Part shown: in pieces, positions 28,971 through 38,559 of the stretch
How positions within the stretch are numbered: the first letter of the stretch is position 1
Layout of the letters: each line of letters starts with the position of its first letter
Origin: Clostridia bacterium
GTDB lineage: Bacteria > Bacillota > Clostridia > UMGS1883
DNA: 64,000 nucleotides
Reading direction: 5' to 3'
NCBI GenBank assembly: GCA_045594665.1
Contig: JAZNYX010000053.1
Location: 5,747 to 69,746, forward strand
Notes under the pieces: model-generated
Database searches by the model: none
What the model was told of the DNA's origin: nothing
Seen by the model: the letters and a program-made list of their open reading frames with translations, nothing else
Position numbers and translations under genes: made by a program

Positions 28971-29828
28971 ATGTTTTGTAAATCTTGCGGAACTCAGCTA
29001 AATGACGGTGCGAAGTTTTGTAAAAACTGCGGCACAGCCGTTACATATGTAAGCGAAAAGAAAACAGCCGTGGAAAACACTGAAAAGTTTACCCCCGTGC
29101 AGCCCCAGCCTCCCGTGCAGGAGGTGAAGCAGACTGTCTATACACCCCCTGTTCAGCCTGCGATACCGCAAAAGAAAAAGGGTACATCACCCGTTCTTTA
29201 TGTGGTGCTTGGTATTGTTACGGTGCTACTAATTGCCGCAATAGTTGTTTTGGTGATGACTGTTAATAAAAAGAACAATAATGGCGGCGATGATAAAGGC
29301 GGTGTTGTAGAAAAAGAATATGAAATTTTCCTCACGGTAGACGAATATCAGGAAGAAACAGATGAAAAGTCCTGTACATTAAGCGGTACTATATCAACCG
29401 AGAAGGAAAAGGCAACGCTCAGCATTAACGGACAGAAGATTACCACTGTATCGGAAGATGACGGGGAAAAGGTATGGTCAAAGAAGGTAAATCTTGAAGA
29501 AGGAACAAACTCTTTTGATATTGTGCTTTATACTAAAGACAACACAAAGACAAAAACCGAGAATGTGGAAATAGAATATAAAAAGCCTTTGCTTTACCCC
29601 GAGGGAACAGTTCTTATAAAAGCAGACCCCGACGGTGTTAATATAAGACCTACTCCCGAAATCAGCGAAGAGAGGGTAATGCTTATTCCGTACGACGATT
29701 TTCAGTCGCAGTTTATATGCCAGGGTGAAGAACATCTTGATGAGGAGGAATTTATCTGGTGTAAGGTAATGACTCCCGACGGCAAAATCGGCTGGGTTAG
29801 ATCGGACTTAATGAAACCGCTTCAATAA
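28971..29828 (+). CDS. Zinc-ribbon / TM / SH3b-like domain protein
   Basis: CKSCGTQLNDGAKFCKNCG zinc ribbon, Pro-rich linker, one TM segment, C-terminal GKIGWVRSDL SH3-like motif. Confidence 0.6.
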   Translation: MFCKSCGTQLNDGAKFCKNCGTAVTYVSEKKTAVENTEKFTPVQPQPPVQEVKQTVYTPPVQPAIPQKKKGTSPVLYVVLGIVTVLLIAAIVVLVMTVNKKNNNGGDDKGGVVEKEYEIFLTVDEYQEETDEKSCTLSGTISTEKEKATLSINGQKITTVSEDDGEKVWSKKVNLEEGTNSFDIVLYTKDNTKTKTENVEIEYKKPLLYPEGTVLIKADPDGVNIRPTPEISEERVMLIPYDDFQSQFICQGEEHLDEEEFIWCKVMTPDGKIGWVRSDLMKPLQ

Positions 29829-29833
29829 AAAGT

Positions 29834-30063
29834 GGGGATGTTAAAAATGTCCAGACCGCAAAAAGGCAACTTAAAAGAAAATTTAGATAGCATAAATAAT
29901 AAATAATACATTACTGTTGAAAAATCGTATTTATACGATTTTTCTTCTTTTTTAAGCCTTTTTGCTATGAACAAACTTCACCTCTCGCTGTATACACATA
30001 CAGCTTCGGGAAAGCCCCTTCGGGGTTCAGTTTGTCCATTCTGAAGCATTTTTTCCTATCCCC
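29834..30063 (+). repeat. Structured intergenic repeat, copy 2 (subfamily B)
   Basis: GGGGATGTTAAAAATG ... TTTTTTCCTATCCCC. Stems GCAAAAAGGC/GCCTTTTTGC, GAAAAATCGTAT/ATACGATTTTTC, CTGTAT/ATACAG and CCCC-TTCG-GGGG. Confidence 0.85.
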
Positions 30064-30146
30064 ACGTAAAGGCGATATAAAAAACAGACTTTTTTATATC
30101 AAATTCCTTCATTTCGAATTTTGAACTTCGCATTTTGAACTATCCA

Positions 30147-30554
30147 TTAGCCTGAAAAGTCTTCTATCATTTGCAGTGCCTCGCTTATACTGTCAAATCT
30201 GATTCCCTCTGCAAGCTGCGCTCTGTCTGATTCGGGGAGCAGATTAACGCTGATGTCGTAGGTCTGCCACAGCTTTTCCTCACTGCCACTCCCTAAGTAA
30301 AGTGCCAGAATGCCGTCCTGCTCTTTTAAAATGTATTTCGGAACGGTTTCCTCGCTTTTTTTTACAGTGAGGTCATTTTCTTTGCTTGAAACACTGCTTA
30401 TCTTTTCTCTTTCCGGCGTAACGGAAACACGTTCGTAAAGAGAGCGTGATCTGGATTTTTCGCCGCGTACCCCCTGAATATACCCTATCATTGATGAGAA
30501 AAATGTAGTGGTTATAAGAATGGCTGCAAAAACAGCTTTTCTGTTAAAATTCAT
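30147..30554 (-). CDS. BofC-like domain protein (membrane anchored)
   Basis: N-terminal TM segment. C-terminal YILKEQDGILALY...LLPESDRAQLAEGIRFDS..ALQMIEDF resembles the BofC C-terminal domain. Confidence 0.45.
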   Translation of the reverse strand: MNFNRKAVFAAILITTTFFSSMIGYIQGVRGEKSRSRSLYERVSVTPEREKISSVSSKENDLTVKKSEETVPKYILKEQDGILALYLGSGSEEKLWQTYDISVNLLPESDRAQLAEGIRFDSISEALQMIEDFSG

Positions 30555-30715
30555 ATAAAAAGCTCCTTTTGTGCGTGATTTAACCCTATTTTTTCCGTAT
30601 AAAACCGATATTATTCAAATAATGTGTGCTTTGTAACACTTTTTTAATGCTTTGGTGTTATACTAAATGCTGTATAGGTATTTTACATAGTATGACTCAT
30701 GGGAGGTGCACGCTG

Positions 30716-33034
30716 ATGCAACGAACTAAAGCTTCCGGACAAAAATCAAAAGCTTCAAAAAGCAAGTTTAAAAGAGTGGCAATCAGAATCCTTATCGGCA
30801 TAGGCATTTTAACTTTTATGCTGATAATGGGTGTAATCGGACTGCTTTTCGGAGCACTTTACGGCTACGTAGAAGATGCCGAGCTTGTAAATGTTGATAA
30901 TATGCGTCTTAATCTTACTTCGTTTGTCTATGTTCAGGATTCACAAACGGGGGAAATGATAGAATATGAGCAGCTTTACGATACGGAAAATCGTGTCTGG
31001 GTTTCAGGCTCCAAGATTCCTGAGCATTTGAAAAATGCTTTTGTGGCTATTGAGGATGAGCGTTTTTACAGTCACAGCGGTATCGACTATAAGCGTTTTA
31101 TAGGTGCGGCAGTTCAGTATATTACCAAGGACGGAAATTCCAGCTACGGCGGAAGTACCATTACACAGCAGCTTATTAAGAATATCACTCGTGATGATGA
31201 TTATTCCATTAAGAGAAAAATTCAGGAGGCATACCGTGCGTATAATCTGGAAAAGGAGCTTTCCAAGGATGAAATTTTAGAGTATTATCTTAATACTATT
31301 TATCTCAGCCAGAAGTGTAACGGTGTGGCAAGTGCTGCAATGACATACTTTGGAAAGGATGTATCAAAGCTGTCTTTGGCAGAATGTGCTTCTATTGCAG
31401 GTATTACTCAGTTTCCAACAAAGTACGACCCTCTTGTAAACCCTGAAAACAATAAGCAAAGACAATTGGTTATTCTCAAAAAAATGAGAGAGCTTGGCTT
31501 TATTACTCAAAAAGAGTATGAACAGGCAAAAAGTGAGGAACTAAAATTTGTCAAAAAGGACGGAGAACAGTCCGAGCGTTATCAAAGCTATTTTGTAGAT
31601 GCGGCAATTGACCAGGTCATTGAAGATTTGATGAAAGAGTATAACTATACAAAGGATTACGCAAGTAAGATTTTGTATAACGGCGGACTTAAGATATATC
31701 TTTCAATGGACCCCAAGATTCAGGAGGCAATGGACAATGTATATAATGACCCTTCTGCATTTCAGAAGGCTTCGGGAACTTTGCAACCTCAGTCATCTAT
31801 GGTGATTATGGATCCCTACAGCGGACAGATTAAAGCTCTTACAGGGGGCAGGGGAGAAAAGGACGGCAACCGTACACTTAACCGTGCTACACATACGCTT
31901 CGTCAGCCCGGATCAACCATAAAGCCCCTTTCCGTATATACCCCTGCCGTTGAATACGGCTTGGTGACACCTACGTCAATAGTTAATGACGCCCCCGTTT
32001 CTTTCGGGAATTGGTCTCCGAGAAATGATGACAGAAATTTTGCCGGAAGGATAACGGTTGCGGCGGCACTCCGCGGCTCCAGAAACGTACCTGCGGTAAA
32101 AATATGTAACTATACCACGGCAGAGGCGGCATTTAACTTTGTAAAGAATAATTTCCGCATAGATTCTGTGGTAGAAAATAGAAAGTCAAACGGAAAGACC
32201 TTTTCCGACATAGGGCTTGCCCCGATAGCACTGGGCGGCCTTACCGACGGTGTAACGGTTCTTGATATGTGTGCCGCATACAGTGCTTTCCCCAACGGCG
32301 GTAAATATATCGAGCCTACGACATATACCAAGGTGCTTGATTCCGAGGGTAATGTGCTTTTGGAGCATAAGGCTACGGAATATACTGCCATGAGCGAAAC
32401 GACTGCAGAACAAATGATAAGCATGATGACAGGCGTTGTAACAGGCGGAACAGGTACTTCTGCAAGAATACCCAATGTTCGTGCAGCAGGTAAAACAGGT
32501 ACTACTTCAAGTAATAATGACAGATGGTTTGTAGGATTTACACCCTATTACGTGGGTGCGGTATGGTTTGGTTATGACCAGCCTGCCCCCCTTCGCGGAT
32601 TCTCTCCCAATCCTGCAGCAGTTGCATGGAGAAAGGTTATGACCGAGGTTCATAAGGGCCTTCCCGATAAGCCTTTCCTGGAGGATGAGGTTAAGGGAAA
32701 GTATAACATACTGATTTGTAAGGACAGCGGTATGAGAGCGACACCCTCATGTAAGAATCTGGGCGGAAAGCTTTACGAAAAGAGCAAGATTCCCACAAAA
32801 CGTTGCAGTGAGCATCCCTATTCATTTAATAAAAATGATATTGCCGAGGGCGGTGTGCTGACAGAGAAAGATGAAGAAATAGAGGGTATTGTAGACGAGA
32901 ACGAAGAAACAGAAAATCCCTCCGAAAACGTGCCCGACGTGCCCGACGTACCTCAGGAGCCTCAGACGCCTCAACAACCGCCTGCACCCTCAGACGGTGC
33001 ACCTGTGACGGGTGATGTTGTAGAGGGAGTCTAA
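30716..33034 (+). CDS. Class A penicillin-binding protein (PBP1A family)
   Basis: Glycosyltransferase motifs (AIEDERFYSH, GGSTITQQL). Transpeptidase motifs STIKP, SRN, KTGT. GGGAGGTG RBS lies before ATG 30716. Confidence 0.9.
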   Translation: MQRTKASGQKSKASKSKFKRVAIRILIGIGILTFMLIMGVIGLLFGALYGYVEDAELVNVDNMRLNLTSFVYVQDSQTGEMIEYEQLYDTENRVWVSGSKIPEHLKNAFVAIEDERFYSHSGIDYKRFIGAAVQYITKDGNSSYGGSTITQQLIKNITRDDDYSIKRKIQEAYRAYNLEKELSKDEILEYYLNTIYLSQKCNGVASAAMTYFGKDVSKLSLAECASIAGITQFPTKYDPLVNPENNKQRQLVILKKMRELGFITQKEYEQAKSEELKFVKKDGEQSERYQSYFVDAAIDQVIEDLMKEYNYTKDYASKILYNGGLKIYLSMDPKIQEAMDNVYNDPSAFQKASGTLQPQSSMVIMDPYSGQIKALTGGRGEKDGNRTLNRATHTLRQPGSTIKPLSVYTPAVEYGLVTPTSIVNDAPVSFGNWSPRNDDRNFAGRITVAAALRGSRNVPAVKICNYTTAEAAFNFVKNNFRIDSVVENRKSNGKTFSDIGLAPIALGGLTDGVTVLDMCAAYSAFPNGGKYIEPTTYTKVLDSEGNVLLEHKATEYTAMSETTAEQMISMMTGVVTGGTGTSARIPNVRAAGKTGTTSSNNDRWFVGFTPYYVGAVWFGYDQPAPLRGFSPNPAAVAWRKVMTEVHKGLPDKPFLEDEVKGKYNILICKDSGMRATPSCKNLGGKLYEKSKIPTKRCSEHPYSFNKNDIAEGGVLTEKDEEIEGIVDENEETENPSENVPDVPDVPQEPQTPQQPPAPSDGAPVTGDVVEGV

Positions 33035-33058
33035 TAATATAAACCAAAGGAGAAAGCT

Positions 33059-33595
33059 ATGAATTATAAAGAATATTTAGTAAAAAGAAAGTTAGGCGCC
33101 GCAGAAATATTGGTTACGGTTATGCTTTATTTCGCAGCGTTTATGTTGGCTCTTTGCTGCCTTTATTATCTGCGTATGCTTGGCGGCATTGAAAGTTTAT
33201 TGGCAGCGGGTGCATTTTACCTGGCGTATATTCTCGCATCCAGACTCAAGAAAGAATTTGAGTATATAATTGTTGAAGACTCGGTAGATATTGATGTCAT
33301 TTTCAATGCATCAAAAAGAAAAAATCTGATATCTTTTTCCGTAAAGCAAATTGAGGTAATGGCGGCAATAAATGATGCGAAATATAATAGCCGTCTTAAG
33401 GAACAATTTGATAAGGTTATAGATGCTTCCACATGGAAAAAAGGTGCCGTAGTATATTTCACCATTCTTGAAAATAAGGGACAAAAGACAATTGTAAAGT
33501 TCGAACCGTCTTTAGCATGTCTGGAATATATGAAGAAATATGCTCCCGACAAAATTCACATAAGCACTGCGGCAGACGATAACGAATTTGAATAA
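33059..33595 (+). CDS. Hypothetical two-TM membrane protein
   Basis: GGAGA RBS and two N-terminal hydrophobic helices. No motif recognised. Confidence 0.5.
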   Translation: MNYKEYLVKRKLGAAEILVTVMLYFAAFMLALCCLYYLRMLGGIESLLAAGAFYLAYILASRLKKEFEYIIVEDSVDIDVIFNASKRKNLISFSVKQIEVMAAINDAKYNSRLKEQFDKVIDASTWKKGAVVYFTILENKGQKTIVKFEPSLACLEYMKKYAPDKIHISTAADDNEFE

Positions 33596-33603
33596 AACAT
33601 ATT

Positions 33604-33836
33604 GGGGATGTTAAAAAACTCCGGATCGCAAAAAGGCAGAAATAAAGTAATTTATGAAAAGCATAAAAGCTAAAGAAAGCTGTATTTTGGTTGAAAAATC
33701 TCAGTATACTCGATTTTTCCCCATTTTAAGCCTTTTTGCTACGAACAAACTTCACCTCTCGCTGTATACACATACAGCTTCGGGCACACCCCTTCGGGGT
33801 TCAGTTTGTCCGTTCTGAAGCTTTTTTCCTATCCCC
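33604..33836 (+). repeat. Structured intergenic repeat, copy 3 (subfamily B)
   Basis: Termini and 3' domain are near-identical to copy 2. Stem GCAAAAAGGC (33628-33637) / GCCTTTTTGC (33730-33739). Confidence 0.85.
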
Positions 33837-33877
33837 AAGAAAGAGGGGTGTAAAGCTTTTTTACACCCCTCTTTCTT
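33837..33877. other. Perfect 18-bp hairpin abutting repeat copy 3
   Basis: AAGAAAGAGGGGTGTAAA / TTTACACCCCTCTTTCTT with a 5-nt loop. No T-run on either side of the 3' arm. Confidence 0.6.
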
Positions 33878-33910
33878 AAAAAATGCCTGTATGGCGGAAC
33901 GGAGTAAGAT

Positions 33911-35398
33911 ATGCTGTTTTTAAATACCGATATGATAAGAGAAGCGGAAGCACGTGCCATGGAAAATGTCAGTGCAAGAGAGCTTATTGAAAATGCGGCA
34001 TTTGCCTGTTATAAGGAAATAAAGGAGTTTAATTCCTTTAGAGTATATTGCGGTAAGGGTAATAACGGAAGCGACGGTTATCAGGTTGCAATTTTACTTA
34101 AGAGAGCCGGAAAGAGGGTAGAAATTGTTCAGGTAGAGCCGCCTCAAAACGATGATTGCCGAGCACTCTGTAAAAAAGCAATGGAGGAGGATATTCCCAT
34201 TATTCAAGGCGCTTTATTTCCTACAGAGGAATTTGAGTGCAGTGTGGATGCAATTTTCGGTATAGGTATCAAGGGAGAAATAGAAAATACGGATATAATC
34301 CGTGCCATTGAAATGATTAATTCATCAGGGACTTACGTGGTTTCCTGCGATGTTCCCAGCGGATTTGACAGTGATATGGGAAAAAAGTGTACAGTTTCGG
34401 TGAAAGCGGACAAAACCATTACTTTTACAGCACCCAAAAGGGGGATGCTTTCAAACGAAAGCGTTGATTTGTGCGGAGAAATAGTTATAGCGGAAGTGGG
34501 AATCCCCGTAGATTATAACAGTATCACTCAAAGCACCTGCGTGCCTCTTACACAGAAGCTGGCGGCAACTATTATACCTAAAAGAAGCCGATATTCCCAT
34601 AAGGGTACTTTCGGTACGGCGGTAATTGTTGCAGGAAGTAAAACAATGCCCGGTGCAGCGGTAATGGCGGCACAGGCGGCATTAAGAAGCGGGTGCGGAC
34701 TGGTAAAAATGATTGCTCCTTCACCCATATGCCCTATTTTGAATATATTGGTAAAGGAGGCAATTGTTATTCCTGTACCTGAACAGGAGGGGATAATGAT
34801 TCCCGAACTTTCACGGGAGGCTTATGAAGCCATCCAAACTGCCGACAGTGTTCTTGTAGGGTGCGGAATCGGAAGAGGAAGTCACCATCTGATGATTAAA
34901 AATATACTAAGTGCGGCGAATTGCGGCATTATAATTGATGCGGACGCAGTAAATGCACTTGCAGGCAGAACCGATATTATAAAGAACAAAAATATTCTCT
35001 TAACACCTCACGTAAAGGAATTTTCCCGAATAAGTCAATTGGAGGTAGGGGACATAGAAAGCCGCCGTATACAAATTGCTGATAAATTTGCCTGCGATAT
35101 GGGAATAAACCTCCTTTTGAAAGGAGCAAGAACGGTTATAACCTACGGCGGAAGCAATAAATATGTCAGTCTTAATTCCACAAGTGCACTGGCTAAGGCA
35201 GGCAGCGGCGATGTGCTTTCGGGAATAATAGCTTCTTTTGCGGCACAGGGACTTTCCCTTACCGACAGTGCGGCACTCGGGTGTTATATTCATTCCCGTG
35301 CAGGGCTTATTGCAGAAAAGGAAATCGGGGCATACGCTACCATCAGCGGAGATTTAATTGAGCTTATTCCTGCGGCTATAAGAGAAATTACGAGGTAA
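33911..35398 (+). CDS. nnr: Bifunctional NAD(P)H-hydrate epimerase / ADP-dependent dehydratase
   Basis: YjeF_N (GKGNNGSDG) plus a carbohydrate-kinase-like C-terminus (GSGDVLSG). Confidence 0.88.
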   Translation: MLFLNTDMIREAEARAMENVSARELIENAAFACYKEIKEFNSFRVYCGKGNNGSDGYQVAILLKRAGKRVEIVQVEPPQNDDCRALCKKAMEEDIPIIQGALFPTEEFECSVDAIFGIGIKGEIENTDIIRAIEMINSSGTYVVSCDVPSGFDSDMGKKCTVSVKADKTITFTAPKRGMLSNESVDLCGEIVIAEVGIPVDYNSITQSTCVPLTQKLAATIIPKRSRYSHKGTFGTAVIVAGSKTMPGAAVMAAQAALRSGCGLVKMIAPSPICPILNILVKEAIVIPVPEQEGIMIPELSREAYEAIQTADSVLVGCGIGRGSHHLMIKNILSAANCGIIIDADAVNALAGRTDIIKNKNILLTPHVKEFSRISQLEVGDIESRRIQIADKFACDMGINLLLKGARTVITYGGSNKYVSLNSTSALAKAGSGDVLSGIIASFAAQGLSLTDSAALGCYIHSRAGLIAEKEIGAYATISGDLIELIPAAIREITR

Positions 35399-35502
35399 AA
35401 TTTGTTTTTATTGTATCAGCTTAAAGGTTTATGTGCATAATGAAGGTGTAGATGCACAGCCATAATCTTTCAATGGCTACATAGTTTTGGAATAAGTTAC
35501 AT

Positions 35503-35531
35503 TTGACCTTTTGCCGAGAATATAGTATAAT
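35503..35531 (+). promoter_or_regulatory. Sigma-A type promoter for mazEF
   Basis: TTGACC, 17 nt, TATAAT. Confidence 0.5.
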
Positions 35532-35565
35532 AGACATATATTTGCTATAAGGGAGGGCGTGTCAG

Positions 35566-35865
35566 ATGAAACTTTGGACAAATCGCAAAATATCTGTCAC
35601 ATTGCCCGATTTCTTGGTTGAGGAGATGGATAAAATTGCCTTGACACTTAATCGGTCACGGAGTGAAATCATGGCGTTGGCAGTAAAGCAGTATGTCGGT
35701 GAAAGAAAGAAAATTGAATTAAAGCAGCAAATGAAAAAGGGATATCTGGAAATGGGCGAGATAAATCTTAATCTTGCTCGGGAATCTCTGTTATCCGATG
35801 AAAACGCATGTGAAATCTACGAGAAATATTTGGGGGAAGAAAAAATCCCTTCATCGGAGGAATGA
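35566..35865 (+). CDS. mazE: Ribbon-helix-helix antitoxin (EndoAI / MazE-like)
   Basis: ISVTLPDFLVEEMDKIA...SRSEIMALAV is a CopG/RHH motif. Lies immediately upstream of mazF. Confidence 0.75.
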   Translation: MKLWTNRKISVTLPDFLVEEMDKIALTLNRSRSEIMALAVKQYVGERKKIELKQQMKKGYLEMGEINLNLARESLLSDENACEIYEKYLGEEKIPSSEE

Positions 35866-35868
35866 AAC

Positions 35869-36219
35869 TTGATTGTAAAACGCGGTGATATTTTTTATGC
35901 TGATTTAAGTCCCGTTGTAGGCTCAGAGCAGGGCGGTATAAGACCTGTATTGGTGGTTCAGAATGACGTGGGTAATAAATATAGCCCTACTGTTATTGCG
36001 GCGGCAATAACCAGTAAGATTAATAAGGCAAAGCTTCCCACCCATATTGAGCTTGACGCACAGAAGTACGGTCTTTCGCGTGACAGCGTGATACTTCTTG
36101 AACAGGTCAGGACCATTGACAAACAGCGGCTTCGGGAGAAAATCGGCAAATTAGATGAACTGCAAATGATAAAAGTTAATGATGCCATTTCCGTCAGCTT
36201 CGGATTGGTAGAAAACTGA
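35869..36219 (+). CDS. mazF: Type II toxin endoribonuclease MazF / EndoA
   Basis: [30 protein letters not shown] is a PemK family signature. TTG start with GGAGG RBS. Confidence 0.9.
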   Translation: MIVKRGDIFYADLSPVVGSEQGGIRPVLVVQNDVGNKYSPTVIAAAITSKINKAKLPTHIELDAQKYGLSRDSVILLEQVRTIDKQRLREKIGKLDELQMIKVNDAISVSFGLVEN

Positions 36220-36235
36220 AAGGATTGTGTTACGA

Positions 36236-36616
36236 ATGAAAAAGACTTTGGCGATTATCTTAAGTGCTATAGGCGTATTTGCGGCAGCATATGCAGCACA
36301 GCCGGGGACAAATGAGGATCCCCTTGTGACTAAAAGCTATCTTGATCAAATGACACGCTTTAACGTTGTGGAGGTTCCCCAGGGAAAAAGTGTGTACGGA
36401 GATTCCGGTACGGAAATGATTCTCCGTCAGGGAGAATGCACCATTATAGGGACTCAGAAAGGCGGAGTAAGTGACGTTACCATGGGTTATGACCTTGCCG
36501 ACGGTATAGAGGTGCAGGGAAATCACCTTCTTATCGTTCCCGTAAATGACGGCAGAGGCGTAAAGGCTTTATCAAACTGCCTTATTATGATAAAGGGCGG
36601 ATATGAGATAAGATAA
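36236..36616 (+). CDS. Secreted hypothetical protein
   Basis: Signal peptide KKTLAIILSAIGVFAAAYA. No motif recognised. Confidence 0.5.
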   Translation: MKKTLAIILSAIGVFAAAYAAQPGTNEDPLVTKSYLDQMTRFNVVEVPQGKSVYGDSGTEMILRQGECTIIGTQKGGVSDVTMGYDLADGIEVQGNHLLIVPVNDGRGVKALSNCLIMIKGGYEIR

Positions 36617-36670
36617 ATGCAAAATTAATGAAGAGGGTGCAAAAAATCATTTTTTGCACCCTCTTCATTT

Positions 36671-36907
36671 GGGGATGGAAAAAATAGTGCAGAACGGACA
36701 AACTGAGCCACGGCTTGCCGTGGGTTACCCGAAGGCGTACGCGGGTACGTCGAGAGGTGAAGTTTGTTCGTAGTTCATTGGCATAAAAAAGAGGAAATCC
36801 GTAAAATTTACGGATTTCCACCAAAAACCATATTTTCAAGAATTTTTTTAGTTTTAGAAATACATATTGAGAGCCAATGAACGGTCGGTGCTGCTTTTTG
36901 CATCCCC
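36671..36907 (-). repeat. Structured intergenic repeat, copy 4 (subfamily A, inverted)
   Basis: The reverse complement reads GGGGATGCAAAAAGC ... TTTTTTCCATCCCC. Stems GTTCATTGGC/GCCAATGAAC, GGAAATCCGTAAA/TTTACGGATTTCC, CGTAC/GTACG and CCACGG/CCGTGG. Confidence 0.85.
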
Positions 36908-38080
36908 TTACATATGTTCGGATACAAATTCGCCAATTCTTTCCAGTGCTTTTTCTATGTTTTTAATGCTATAGGCATAACTGCAGCGGATAAAGCCTTC
37001 GCCGCTTTCGCCAAAGGCTGTGCCGGGTACTACGGCTACCTTTTTTTCATAAAGGAGCTTTGTGGCAAATTCCTCGCTTGTAAGTCCCGTGGCACTTATA
37101 TTGGGAAATACGTAGAACGCACCAAGGGGTTCAAAGCAGCTAAGTCCCATTTCGCGAAAGCCGTTTACCATAACACGGCGGCGATGGTCGTATTCACTAC
37201 GCATGTATTCGACCTCGTCATCACAGCTTCGCATTGCCTCAATAGCCGCATACTGGCTAGTGGTGGGGGCACACATAATTGCGTACTGATGAATTTTCGT
37301 CATCTGCTTTATAACAGGTTCGGGACCACAGGCATAGCCGAGCCTCCAACCCGTCATTGCAAATGCCTTACTAAAGCCGTTTACGGTTACTGTCCTTTCC
37401 CACATATCATCTATTGCCGCAAAGGGAACATGGGGATTTCCCGTATAATTAAGCTCGCCGTAAATTTCGTCCGAAAGAACAAAAAGATTATGCTCTTTTA
37501 CAATCTTTGCGATTTTTTCAAGATCCTCCTTTTCCATTACAGCCCCTGTGGGGTTATTGGGGAATGGAAGAATAAGAAGCTTTGACTTAGGTGTGATTTT
37601 TTCAAGGAGCTTTTCGGCAGTCAGCTTGAAATTATCCTTTTCCTCTGTCTGAATAGTAACGGGAGTTCCCCCTGCCATAATAGTGCAGGGCTTGTAGCAA
37701 ACGAAGCAGGGTTCGGGAATCAGCACCTCATCCCCGGGAGAAATTATTGCACGTATAAGAAGGTCAATAGCTTCGCTTCCGCCTACGGTAACAAGAGTCT
37801 CCGTTTTGGGATTGTAGCGTAGATTATACTTTCGCATCAAATAGCTGCAAATCTCGCTTCTAAGCTCTAACAGACCGCTGTTTGCACTGTAGTGGGTGCG
37901 TCCCTTTTCCAAGGAATAAATACCTGCCTCCCTGACTGCCCATGGGGTTACAAAGTCAGGCTCGCCTACGCCTAAGGATATTACGTCCTTCATCTCGGCA
38001 GCCACATCAAAAAATTTTCGGATGCCGCTGGGTGCAAGGGAAGAAATGTTTTCCGATATTAGTTTTGAATAATCTATCAT
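36908..38080 (-). CDS. Class I/II pyridoxal-phosphate aminotransferase
   Basis: 390 aa. SKAFAMTGWRLGY carries the PLP lysine. NPTG motif present. Confidence 0.85.
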   Translation of the reverse strand: MIDYSKLISENISSLAPSGIRKFFDVAAEMKDVISLGVGEPDFVTPWAVREAGIYSLEKGRTHYSANSGLLELRSEICSYLMRKYNLRYNPKTETLVTVGGSEAIDLLIRAIISPGDEVLIPEPCFVCYKPCTIMAGGTPVTIQTEEKDNFKLTAEKLLEKITPKSKLLILPFPNNPTGAVMEKEDLEKIAKIVKEHNLFVLSDEIYGELNYTGNPHVPFAAIDDMWERTVTVNGFSKAFAMTGWRLGYACGPEPVIKQMTKIHQYAIMCAPTTSQYAAIEAMRSCDDEVEYMRSEYDHRRRVMVNGFREMGLSCFEPLGAFYVFPNISATGLTSEEFATKLLYEKKVAVVPGTAFGESGEGFIRCSYAYSIKNIEKALERIGEFVSEHM

Positions 38081-38559
38081 ATGCTGATAACCTCCCGGTT
38101 ATCTTCTTCCTTTTCGGTGAAGAAAATTCCGTCCTTTTTGTAGGTCTTAAGCTCGAAATGAGTTGCCGTGGAAACAACGCTCTCCATGGGAGCAAGCCTC
38201 TCGGACACAAACATTGCAACCTCTTTTAAGCTTTTACCCTCAACTGTTACAAGAAGGTCATACGCACCTGACATGAGTGTGACGGATTTTACCTGAGGGA
38301 ACTTGTAAATACGCTCGGCAACGGTATCAAAGCCACCGCCGCGCTGGGGAGTAAGCTTTATTTCGATATTGGCAGTAGTGGTTTCCCTGCCTGCCAGCTC
38401 CCAGTTTATAATGGTTTTATAGCCAAGGATGATGTTTTCATCTTCCAGCTCCTTTATGGCGGCCTTTACTTCACCCTCCTCTATACCAAGCATAATCGCA
38501 ATCTTGGATGAAGTCAGACGGCTGTCCGATTCAAGCAGCGATAAGATTTTGTTTTTCAT
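38077..38559 (-). CDS. Lrp/AsnC family transcriptional regulator
   Basis: N-terminal HTH (ILSLLESDSRLTSSKIAIMLGI) plus a RAM-like C-terminus. Overlaps the aminotransferase start. Confidence 0.85.
   Translation of the reverse strand: MKNKILSLLESDSRLTSSKIAIMLGIEEGEVKAAIKELEDENIILGYKTIINWELAGRETTTANIEIKLTPQRGGGFDTVAERIYKFPQVKSVTLMSGAYDLLVTVEGKSLKEVAMFVSERLAPMESVVSTATHFELKTYKKDGIFFTEKEEDNREVISI

Noticed and set aside
29834-30063. Idea that the post-stop-codon repeats are integron attC sites or gene-cassette boundaries.
   Set aside because: There is no integron integrase and no RYYYAAC/GTTRRRY core sites. The flanking genes are dispersed housekeeping genes (topA, aminotransferase), not promoterless cassettes in an array.
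35503-36219. mazEF as a notable finding.
   Set aside because: This is the standard chromosomal EndoAI/EndoA pair found in most Firmicutes. The only oddity is that alr is not directly upstream (nnr is), which may be lineage-typical.
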